From Felis catus (Eukaryota), in the NCBI RefSeq assembly GCF_018350175.1, contig NC_058383.1, positions 22,942,001 through 23,006,000 on the forward strand: 64,000 nucleotides of DNA. Reading direction: 5' to 3'. Below, piece by piece: positions 39,692 to 50,434 of this stretch; within the stretch, counting starts at the first letter, position 1, and every line of letters starts with the position of its first letter. The notes under the pieces were generated by a model that was given only the letters and a program-made list of their open reading frames with translations, did not search any database and had not been told where the DNA came from. The translations under genes and the position numbers were made by a program.

Positions 39692-39882
39692 CTGGCATCG
39701 CAGGACATGCCATCAAAGAAGCAGGTAACCAGCAGCTCCTCAGCAGAGTAGCTCATGTTGATTTTCTTCTCCAGAGGGACCTGTGCCATGATGTTCATGT
39801 AGTGCAGCTTATACCACTCCTGGATGGCATTGACCCCTGAGCTGAAGGTGTAGACGGCACATTTGGACGTGTCATTTGAACA
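39692..39882 (-). CDS. SCNN1G: SCNN1G exon 4, 191 nt
   Basis: CACAG acceptor and GTCAGG donor. Translates CSNDTSKCAVYTFSSGVNAIQEWYKLHYMNIMAQVPLEKKINMSYSAEELLVTCFFDGMSCDA. Confidence 0.96.
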
Positions 39883-40374
39883 CTGTGAATAAGAGGAGAC
39901 AGTAGGCTGAAGCCACTGGCACTACCACTGGCCTTGAGAAGGACGGTAAGGATGAGGACCTAGGACTCTAGACCGGAACAGGAGGGACACCTGAAGCAAG
40001 GATGGGCTTCCTCTTACTTCCAAGGGCTGAGAGAGGATCAGCCTCAGGGACCTGAAGGGTCTGAGAGAAGGACATAGAATCCCACTTGTCATGGCTCCCT
40101 GTGACTCCTTACCAGGTGAGAAGAAAAACCGGCTTCTGTAGGGTCTCCAGATATCCAGGCTTTGGTTGATTATTGCTATTGACTTCCTACCCACCTCTAG
40201 CCATTTCCTACTGGATCAGCAGTCTAGAAATCTGGATCCTCACCCAGACTTCAACATGATATTTCCACGGGATCTTGGGCAAGGCATGACATCTCCATTA
40301 TTTCACCTACCAAATGTTAACTAAAATGCCATCCTTAGCTGGGATGACCAGCATTTAAAATATGTAATAATTAG

Positions 40375-40598
40375 AGGGGCGCCTGGGTGGCGCAGTCGGT
40401 TAAGCGTCCGACTTCAGCCAGGTCACGATCTCGTGGTCCGTGAATTCGAGCCCCGCGTCAGGCTCTGGGCTGATGGCTCAGAGCCTGGAGCCTGCTTCCG
40501 ATTCTGTGTCTCCCTCTCTCTCTGACCCTCCCCCGTTCATGCTCTGTCTCTCTCTGTCCCCCCAAAAAATAATAATAAAATAAAAAAAAAACGTTGAA
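40375..40598 (+). mobile_element. Young SINEC_Fc-like SINE in intron 3, TSD TAAAATATGTAATAATTAGAG
   Basis: Perfect 21-bp direct repeats at 40356-40376 and 40599-40619. Confidence 0.92.
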
Positions 40599-41590
40599 TA
40601 AAATATGTAATAATTAGAGCCTTAGAGGGAGACTGTAGTATGTTCCAGATGTTCTCATCACACTGGGTTTGGAATCTCTCTCAAAAGGACAGGCATTGAA
40701 GGATTGAGTTTGCTATCAAGAATAGCCGAGACAGTATCTCGTGAAAAGACCCAGGAAGACTTTGAAAAGTCTTGATGATTAAGGGAAAGGGCCATTTCTC
40801 CAGGATTTGTAACTGGTGCTCCAAGGTCTCACAACTGGCAAGCCAAGTATAAGGTACAGAAGAGAGGTCTCATCCTAGAGAGATGCCTGGGGCATGGCGA
40901 GGTAGAGTAATTGATTGCCTTTGCCCAGGACACTAATGGAATTCGATTTTGGTGACTGGCTGCTTCCTTAGAGCCCCTTAAATGGGACTGAGAAGGAGAG
41001 AGGAAAAGTCAGGCCGCAGCACCTCACAAAGGCAAGTACTGCAGGGAACATTGGGTGTTTCTGTTGTTTATTACCTATTTTCTTCCTTCTGGTATCTGTA
41101 CCCTAATTTTGCTTTTGTGGAACGTCCTTCCCCCTGTTGGATACAGTCTGATGAGACTGTCCATCATGACACCTCACCCTCTGTTAGGTGACCCGACTCA
41201 AACTTGGCCAATCAGATAGTCGCAAGATGGGATCTGAATCCGTCTTTATGGATGGATTAACAAAAAGCCTGAAAATCGTGAAAACTTATTGAATCCAGCA
41301 GCCATATCTGAAATGACCTTTCACCATTTCTTGCCACCTAGATCCCTGGACCTTCCCTAATTTCTGTCCTTTGACAGGCCTCCATGATCTTCTGATTCCT
41401 TTCTAAGACTTTTTTTTTTTTTCTGCTTAATATTACCTGAATCAGTTTTAGTTGCTTGCAGAATTTTCACCCTTAACTGGGTGTATTTCTTTGAGCGGGA
41501 CTGTAGGGACAATGGCAAAGGAGAAACCTTCGTGGACCCACCATCTCTAGCCCATCCCATGGCCCCCAGCTGTGAGGACATGCATCTCAC

Positions 41591-41900
41591 CAGTTGGAAT
41601 CCCACCACCTCCTTGGACTCGTGGACATGCATGACATCTGATGCCTTGTGAATGATGCTCCCACTGACTTTCCGCTTCCGCCCTGTGAGGAAGTCCCTGG
41701 CCTTGCTGGTCTCATCCTGACTGAAAGCCAGCAGTGGGACCAGTTTGAGGAATTTGGGCCGTGTGCCCTCCCAAGCCGAGGTCCAAGACTCTGCCTCTCG
41801 GCGTTTTCGAGACTTATTCTCTGGAAAGCCGTACAGGTTCTTCAAGGCCGTTCTAGTCTCCTGTTCCAAATCGGCTAGAAGGTCCCGCACTGCACTGTAC
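41591..41900 (-). CDS. SCNN1G: SCNN1G exon 3 (finger domain with furin and prostasin sites), 310 nt
   Basis: GGCAG acceptor and GTGAGA donor. Translates YSAVRDLLADLEQET...SRKRREAES...GRKRKVSG...VVGFQL. Confidence 0.97.
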
Positions 41901-43657
41901 CTGCCAAGGGGGGAAGGAGGAGTCAGGGAGAGGGGAGCTCCACTGACAGAGTGCTGGTACCTCTTCCCTCTGTTTCCCATCAGTGTATGTCGGCCTTGGG
42001 CCCACTTCTCCCCCACTTCCTTGGCCAAGGAGGCCTTTTATGATTTGCCCCATCCAAAGTGACTCTTGGCTTGAAAAGTGATGACAGGCTCCCGTGTGAC
42101 CCTTGTGTGACTTCTCATGGCTTCGTTTATGCCACTACCATCTGCTTGCTCTTGGGGTGTGTTGGTAAGTTTGCCCCGACCAGCATTTCTGGAGTGGTGA
42201 CTGTCAGGTGCCTCCCATAAACCAGCCACGGTGAGGACAATTACAGTGAGGACAGTAACTGCTAACTGGAAGTGGGTCCAGGGGACCGGCTCTGTCTCCA
42301 CCTAGCACACTTGCCCCTGCACACTGACTCTTCTCCAATCAGTCCTGGGACAGAAAAGGTAACACTGTCACCTCAATAACCCCCAGGAACAAGAATGATA
42401 CAGGAATTGACCGCATGAAGCACAGCGCCATCTTCAAATCTCCATAATACCAAGTAGTCCTGGCCTCCCTCCCAACTGCTCCCCTCTCTCCTCTCTCTGC
42501 CCCTTGCTCCCTGCATAGACGACACAGCATCATGATTGAGGGTGTAAACTCCAGAGTCAAACTACCTGGGGTCCAGGTCCCCATCCTGGTTCCGGATATG
42601 GGACTTGGATAAGTCACCTAGCCTTTTTGTGTCTCAGTTTTCTCATCTGTAAAATGAGATCACTGGAAAGATTCAATGAGTTTATCGTATGTGTGTGTAA
42701 ACAGTCACTATTAATTTTATTAGCATAATTATATTTGCTAATATTTCACTCCTGCACTACAACTCAACTCCCCTAGGACCGAGACTGTGTTGGGTTGTTC
42801 AGTTCTTTGCCCCAGACTCGAGTACAGTGCATGCCAACTTGTAGACACTGAGTAAATGATTATGGTGCAAGTGATAGATGGAAGAAAGGGAAGGAGGGAC
42901 AAAAAGACTCTGAGGTGGAGAATGAGGCTTAGACCTGATTTTGATTTTGACCAGTTAGTTTCCTTTGACACTCTTCCTCCCTTGCTCCTCCCTTCTCCCC
43001 ATGCCCACACCTGCTCAGACAAATTCTGCCAGATTCTGACCTGCCTCACAGATCAGTTTTCAATAATCCTGAGCACAGCTCCAGTGACCCATTTAGAACA
43101 GGCCCTGTGGCAGACAATAGGGCAGTACCAATGGCTGATCCTGCCCAGAGCCCAGTGATCTCAATTAGTGGGGCTGGATTCACTCAAATGAGGGTTGAGG
43201 CAGCTGAGATGCTTCCGGAAGTCACTTGGGTGTCACTTCTGAGTCAGCCTCCAGCTCATGTTTCGGGGACAGTGAGGGTGTGAGTTTAGAGGGCTCAGGG
43301 GGAAATGGCTAAGCTAGGCTGTGTGTTCCTATACATACATACCTGTGCGTGTGTGCGTGCGCACGTGCCTGGGGTGGGAGGCTGTGCTAGCACATTCCAG
43401 TCCCCACCCCCCAGTGAAACTGACCCTTGCAGACTCCCACTCCTGCACAGCTTGAGCTAGTCCAGCCTCAGAAGCAGCTGATAGATTGACAACTTGGGAC
43501 AGATTTAGAACCTGGGGGAGGGAGTTTACCAATGTTGGCAGCAAATTCAGATTTCTAAAAAGCCTCCCTGTGGGCTGGCACGTGTCATCTTTGAGTGGGG
43601 CTCTGGCCTCCGAGGGGGGCCCGGCCCCCACTCCATATCCTTGCTCCTGCCGCTTAC

Positions 43658-43974
43658 TTGTAAGGGTTGATGTTGCAGATGGTGACGGCAGGAAAATCCA
43701 GCTTCTGGAAGTGGACCTTGATGGAGACGGAGACGGTGTAGAAGGAGGAGATGAGGAGGGCACATTGCCAGAAAATGAGGGCCACGGCCGTCAGCGTGAA
43801 GAGAACCCAGAGCAGGCGCCGCAGGCGGCCGCGGGACACCACGATGCGGCGGCAGCCGTGGGTGTTGGTGTTGAGGCAGTACCACCGCATCAGCTCTTTT
43901 ATGGTAGGCGCCTGGGGCCCCGTCACAGGCAGATTCTTCTTGATTTTGGCTTTGATCTTCTCTCCAGGAGCCAT
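43658..43974 (-). CDS. SCNN1G: SCNN1G exon 2 coding part (start codon, N-tail, TM1), 317 nt
   Basis: ATG at 43974 in strong Kozak context (ATCATGG). Translates MAPGEKIK...DFPAVTICNINPY. Donor GTAAGC follows 43658. Pyrimidine tract plus CAG acceptor puts the exon start at 44004. Confidence 0.97.
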
Positions 43975-45251
43975 GATGAGGATGGGACTTGAGGGCCAGG
44001 CAAGCTGGAGGGGCAGAGAAGAAAAGTGGGTGACCTCACACTCCCTAGCCTCCAGGGACAGGGCAGACTCTGGGGAACACCAGCCCACATGCCCTCAGAG
44101 GCCGTCTTCCTTTTTCCCTCTGTGGGCTGGACAGCCTGCATTCTGAGACCCCGGCCCCCTTTCCAGGATATTTGGGTTTTTGGCCACTGCAGCTGCAACA
44201 AGGGCTGCTTCCTCCTTGTGCAGCCCCCAGGCCCAGCCGTGTGGGGGCTGGGTGGGGTTTAACCCATGAATCACTGGTTTGAAGGACCTTTCCCCTGGGT
44301 GCCTGGAGCAGGAGCCCTCCACACCTCAGCCTCTGCACCTCTCTTATCACGCTCTGCCCTATCTAGAATATGGCCACCTGCACCTTATCGCTTCCTCCCA
44401 CCTGGCCCCCTGGAGGGCAGCATTCCTATCTCACCTACCCCTGGTGCCTAGCTCAGTATCTGGCACTGAGCAAGTACCCCACCAACATTTTCTGACAGAT
44501 GCAATCTGTCAAGAGAATTTCTCGGCAGCCAACTTGGATCCTGTTTGGTCCACTCCTAGCCGTGTTTTCCAGGCTTTTCCCCTCCACTTTCCCTGCAAGT
44601 GGGGTTTCTGTTTCGTTTCTGTTTAACTTCTTCTCTTTACAGTCAAGCATTTGGTGTTTCTAGAGAACCTTATAAACAATAGCCCACAACTATTGGCCAC
44701 TCAATATTTGCCAGGTACAATGCCCTATTTCCTTGATTCTAAAGTATCACTAATTGGGGGAATACACTGTGATGAGATAACAGCTTTGTTTGGGGGAAAG
44801 TGTTGGAAAACAAACTATCACATTCATCAGTGTACATGATGCATTTCACTTACAGAAACTTCACAACATGGAATAACATTCTTTTTAGAAATGAACTAAT
44901 ATATGTGTATTGTGTATTCTATACATTATATACATAAAGAAAGAGTCACCTCATGGTTATATAAAGTTTCATCAGTCTCATAAATATATAAAGTCTCTCT
45001 ATATACATATAATCCACATAGATTTCATTTTGTGTTTCAACAACCACTACTGTTACCTTCATGTTATAGAGGAGGAGAATGAGCCCAGAGAGGTGGGGTC
45101 ATTTGTGCAAGACCACACAGCTACTCAGTGGAAGGACTGGATTAGAACCTTGCAGCCTTCACCACCATGGTATAGGCTTTTGAGGGGCCTGGTATTGTGC
45201 TGGGTACTGTCTCCTCCCCAAAGAAGAAGGAAAGAGAAGTGATCCTGTGCT

Positions 45252-45286
45252 ATTTATTTATTTTTATTTTTGAATGTTTATTTATT

Positions 45287-45334
<48 letters not shown>

Positions 45335-45815
45335 AGTGGGGGAGGGGCAGAGAGAGGGAGACACAGAATCCGAAGCAGGCTCCGGGCTCTGAACTGTCCG
45401 CACCGAGCCAGCCGCGGGGCTTGAACTAACAAACCACAAGATCTTGACTTGATCTGAAGTCAAATGCTTAGCCGACTGAGCCACCCAGGTGCCCCGGGAT
45501 CCTGTGCTGTTTAATTTCCAAACTCTAGATAGTCAGTGTCACCACCTCCCAACAGTTGTGAGCACTGGTAAAGGGGGAGGGAAGGTATATGGAAATTCAT
45601 CCCTCTTTTTTTTTTTTTAAGTTTATTTACTTATTTTGAGAGAGAGACAGTGTGAGAGAGGGCACAAGACAGAGAGAGGGAGAATCACAAGCAGGCTGGG
45701 CTGTGCAGTCAGCACAGAGCCCGACTCAGGGCTCAATCCCACAAACCGTGAGATCATGACCTGAGATGAAATCAAGAGTTGGACTTCTAACCGACTGAGC
45801 CACCTACGCACCCCA
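45252..45815 (-). mobile_element. Two CAN-SINEs in intron 1 (45252-45495 and 45606-45815)
   Basis: SINE signatures. The first has a (GA)n expansion and TSD GATCCTGTGCT. Confidence 0.87.
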
Positions 45816-47817
45816 GGAAACTCTATGCCTTCTACACCTGCCGTTGGTGACAGAGGCAGAGTAGGGAATACCTTAATATGGAGTAGGATATGCAAGGTGG
45901 TCCCCATGCCCCCAGAGGGCCTGTGTCTGGGCTTTAGTTTGTCCCATCGAGTTCTTCAGGCAGGATTCTGCACTTCAGGAGTTACTTTTTGTCCACCCTG
46001 ACCCCATGGGATATTGTCCAAAATTTGGAAGCTGGGGCAAAGCTGGGAGGCTTTCAAGTTTATGATGCTCGTGGGTTACAGGTTTATGATGTAAAGAAAA
46101 TAAGAGGGCTGGGGGGGGGGGGTGTGTGGCAAGTGAGATGTCCAGAGGCAGGCACCTCCCTCCAACCCCCACCCCCCCCCCACAGACACATATGACCTTA
46201 CTGGGATGGAGAAAACCTTCTCAACCCTCAAAATTATGCTGTTGGTCTCTTAGCAAGAGGAATGTAATTTATTTTGTTTTGTCATTTAAAGCATTTCCCA
46301 TCCTCAACTCCTCTCTCACACATTCAAAGGCAAAAAACTTAGCAAGAGTTTGTTTTAAAAATCTGGATCCAGGTTCAATTTCCTGTCAAACAAAATGGCC
46401 ACGCAGGGAAGGTTTTCTCCTCTGCGAATGTTTAGAATTGCAGATGCTGGATACTCCTATCTCTAATTCTCCTTCTTCTCGCTGAAGACAACCACTGGGG
46501 TCCCTCTGCCCCACCAGCTTCTTCTCCAGGACTGACCTTGACTCCAATGGATCAGCCCCCAATGTCAGTGAAACCACAGGTGAGAGAAGGGAACCCATCT
46601 GCTCAACACAAAACAGATAAATGTGCACTGAAACAGTGTTACAACTTCAGAGCAGAGCAAGGTCCGGCTGGTTGATCAAACACTATGCCTTTGTGGAAGA
46701 ATCAATGGCTGACACGGAGCACTCACTCTTTGAAGTACTTTACAGGTATTCACTCATTTCATTTCCACAAGCAGCTTCTGAGGTAGGCACCTTCACTTCC
46801 CCCCATTATGCAAATGAAATGGAGACACCAAGAGGTTAAGTAGTTTGTCCAAGGTCACACTAGAAAGTGGCCAAGCTGGGATTTGAACTCAGGAGTCCAT
46901 GCCTTTAACTACTAGCTGTGCTGCTCCCCAACAGTAATAATAATGACAACGATAGCGGCAACAGCAATAATCGCAGCTATCATTTATTGATCCCGTAGGA
47001 CTCCCTGCATCCTACTCAGCTCTTTTTACATATTACCTTATTTAATGCTCCCTATAATTAGATGAGGTATTAGTACCGTCCCCATTTCACAGAGGGGGAA
47101 ACTGAGGTGCAGAGTGATTAGGTAACTTGCCCAAGGCCACCCAGATGGCAAGAATTCAAAGGAGTTTTTCAAATTCCAGGGCCGCTCATGACAGCGATTC
47201 TCTACTGCGCCCCACCACCCCGGAGCTTGCCTATCTCCCATACCCCAGGAAGGGACCCCAAGCCTCAGGCTCTGGGAGTGGGACCCGAGCTCCCCCCTGG
47301 CGTCTCTGCAGCCCCCTGCCCACCCCGCACAGAGCGACCGCACGCTGTGCTGTTGCAGAAGTCACGTCTGCTGACGCCGCCGGAGAGAATCCAACCAACC
47401 CGATTCAAGTGTTTGCTTCTTTCTGCAACCACGGTCACCCCAGAGAAAACATTCCAGAGAGCAAAAGGAACAATCGCGGTCAAGTCTCGCCAAGGCCTGA
47501 ACAGGTGCTGGGCGGAGAGACAAGGCGAGGCGCGGCCCGGGACCCCCAGAGCCCCGGACCCTGAATAGCCCAGAAACGCCTGTCACCCTAGCTCTGCTTC
47601 CCGGGCGACGGCGTGGGCAGACGCCAGAGAGCTGGCTGGACCCGGATTGGCCTGAGAAGGTGTCCCAGCATCCCAGCCACCGGGAGGCAGCCCCGGGCTG
47701 ATGCCAGCCAGCTCCACCACCGACCGCGCGGACGGCGTCCGAGAAGCCATTGGGCCCCGCGGCCGCTCCGGTGCCTGAAACCCCCAAGCTAGTGCGACCC
47801 GACCCGGCTCGGCTCAC

Positions 47818-47930
47818 CTCTCTCAGTTCGGAAGAGTCTGGGGCTCGGGGGTGCGCGATCCGTGCGCGCTCTGTTGTGCTGCCGGTAACAGCGCGAGCAT
47901 CCCGCCGCTGCCGCGGCCTCCGGCTCTTGT
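47818..47930 (-). other. SCNN1G: Probable non-coding exon 1 of SCNN1G (TSS approximate)
   Basis: Strong donor GAG|GTGAGC at 47818/47817, just downstream of GC boxes inside the CpG island. Human SCNN1G has a short non-coding exon 1 a few kb upstream of the ATG exon. Confidence 0.75.
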
Positions 47931-47944
47931 GCGCCAGACCTGGG

Positions 47945-47982
47945 CCCCGCCCCTGGAACCCCGCCCCCTCGGGGCCGCCCCC
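47945..47982 (-). promoter_or_regulatory. Three GC boxes (Sp1/Sp3/KLF)
   Basis: GGGGCGGGG on the minus strand at 47945-47953 and 47959-47967, and GGGGGCGG at 47975-47982. Confidence 0.75.
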
Positions 47983-49695
47983 ACCTGCCCAGGTGTATTC
48001 CCCAGGTGGCCCAGGATGTGCCGGCCACGACTCCGCAGCGCCCCCTGTCACCCTGAGGCAGCTCTGCGCCCAGGTGCGTCCTGCACGGTGCCTTGCGGTG
48101 GCAAGGTACAGTGCCTGCCGCCTCCCGGAGGCCAACCAGCACCCTGCATTCCCCCTGGATCTGTGCGGCACCTTCTACCAGCACCTCACAGCGCCTCCTG
48201 CCGCCTTGTTACTGCCCGACACCTTCCACTCTGGTCCTGCGCCAGGAGAAATCCCAGGCAGCATTTTACCCAAGGCTTCCGCCTGACCTGGATCAGGAAG
48301 CTGCTTCAGTGCCCACCTGCGTCTGCCTGTGCCCACCTGCCTGAGGCTTTGCAACCAGGCCTCGCATCCTTTGGTCTCTTCAGTTGCCTTTTTATAGTGA
48401 CTCACGCAGAAAACTGTAAGAAATGAGCTTAGAAAAATTGCAACCAGAAGGGATCATAGAGACACCTCGATTACAGCCCCTTAGAGTAGGGAAGAAACAG
48501 GCCCAGAGAAAGAAAGCAGTCTGTTCTGCAGCGGAACTTCTCAGACTTGAAAGTGCATACCATCACTGTGGATCTCTAATTCAGTAGGCGTGGGGCGGCA
48601 CTTGAGAATCTGCATTTCTAACTTTCCAGGTGATGCCTCTCTTGCTGGTCTAAGAACCACACGTTGAGTACAAGGTCCACTTGCCCAAGTGAGTGGAAAC
48701 AGGCTCAGTATTTTTAGAGAGCCACTAAAAAAAAAAACCCTCTAACCCCCTAAGAAAAACCTCAACTGTTATTCTAACAATACATGCTCATTGTAAAGAA
48801 TTCACATGTTGAAAAGAAATGGAAGTCTCTCCTTAATCTGTGACACCCCCCCCGCTAAATAAGCATGGTTATATATACATAAATATATTGCAATATATTT
48901 AAAATACAAAAATTACATATGCCAAATAATAACTTAACTGGTATATATAATATTACATAATAAGATTATATATGAAATGGGATTATGAAATACACACTGT
49001 TCTTTAATTTCTTAACTTTGTTTTATATTTTATAGACTTTACATTCATTTTTTATGTTTTTATTTTTAAGTACTCTCTGCATCCAACATGGAGCTCAAAC
49101 TCACAGCCTCAAGATCAAGAGTCACATCCTGTACCTACTGAGACAGCCAGGCATCCCTCTTAACTTTGTTTTAATGACAATATACTATACAGGTATATTC
49201 TCATTATAAAATAAAGCCAGTAAAGGGAAATATTTCCTTTTGTGATATATTATGGGTAATTTTCCTTGCCACTGTATACATTTACCTAAGTATGTATTCA
49301 CATAACTTAATCAATGTATTGATATATTTTTTAATTGCCTCTAATTTTTCAGTAGTATAAATTATTCCATAAAATATGTTCATGTACATCTCTGATTATT
49401 TCATTGGGACAAATTCTTACTAGTGGGATATTTTTTTCTGTCAGTGTCATTACCCAGTTTAGTTGGCACAACAAAAAGAACGGTTAAGAGAAAAGAGTAG
49501 GCTACAAAACAATGTATAGAATAATAGAAAATATATCAAAATGTTAAAAAAGAGGTTCTCTTTCAGGGTAAATTTACAAGTGATTTTTACTAATCTGTGC
49601 TTTCTTGTTTCACTCTCCCTCTCTGTATACATAGATAGAGATATTATGGATATATACATTAAATATATGTAATCACCTGTGACATAAAAATAAGA

Positions 49696-49907
49696 TTTTT
49701 TTTTAATTTTTAAGTTTATTTATTTTGAGAGAGAGAGCGAGAGAGCACAAGTGGGTTAGGGGCAGAGAGAGAGGGAGAGAGAATTCAAGTAGGCTCTACA
49801 CTATCAACACAGAGCCTGATGCAGGGCTAGAACTCATAACTGTGAGACCATGACCTGAGCTGAAATCAAGAGTCGGATGCTTAACCAACTGAGACACCTA
49901 GGTGCCT
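49696..49907 (-). mobile_element. CAN-SINE upstream of the promoter
   Basis: SINE signature. A shorter old-type SINE also lies at ~49055-49157. Confidence 0.85.
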
Positions 49908-49925
49908 CATAATAATAATGTTTTT

Positions 49926-50403
49926 CTCTTCATCTTCTGGGATCCCTATGATTCTGATGTTGTTCCTTTTAATGAGTCACTGATTTCTCTAATTCTTAAA
50001 TTGTGCTCTTTTGCTTCAGTTTCCCCCTTTTTTCTGCTTCATTATTCTCCATAAGTTTGTCTTCTGTATCACTGATTCACTTCTCTACCTCATCCATCCT
50101 TGCCTCTGTGGCATCCATTCGGGATTGCAGCTCAGTTATAGCATTTTTTATTCATCCTGACTAGCTTTTACTTCTTTTATCTCCACAGAAAGGGATTCTA
50201 ATCTATTTTGACCCCAGCTAGTATTCTTATTATCGCAATTCTAAATTCTGGTTCAGACATCTTGCTTGTATCTGTATTGGTTAAGTCCCTGGCTGTCATT
50301 TCTTCCTGCTCTTTCTTTTGGGGTGAATTCCTTCATTTTGTCATTTTGAAAGAAGAAAAGGAATTAATGAGGTAAAAAAAATTTAAATTAAAAAATTAAA
50401 AAC

Positions 50404-50434
<31 letters not shown>

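Larger units (their letters stand above)
21770..47930 (-). other. SCNN1G: SCNN1G gene span (13 exons; both ends approximate)
   Basis: Spliced translation gives 646 aa with gamma-ENaC hallmarks: MAPGEKIKAKIKKNL N-terminus, NTNTHG gating motif, FPAVTICN, RKRR/RKRK cleavage sites, GLWMSCS filter and PPPRY motif. Confidence 0.97.
47170..48250. promoter_or_regulatory. CpG island and TATA-less promoter of SCNN1G
   Basis: Very high GC and CpG density compared with the CpG-depleted flanks. No TATA box seen. Confidence 0.88.

Noticed and set aside
43975..44088. In-frame N-terminal extension upstream of MAPGEK in the ORF track
   Set aside because: It starts at a GTG in intron 1 and crosses the polypyrimidine tract and acceptor at 44005.
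47362..48426. Long overlapping ORFs (269, 191, 178 and 131 aa) on both strands
   Set aside because: They lie in the GC-rich CpG island, where stops are rare. The products are Pro/Gly/Ala/Arg-rich with no recognisable domain.
48400..49900. Polypurine-polypyrimidine tract that I recall being described upstream of human SCNN1G
   Set aside because: No such long tract is visible here. The region is AT-rich old repeat and SINE DNA, and the SINE (GA)n is unrelated.
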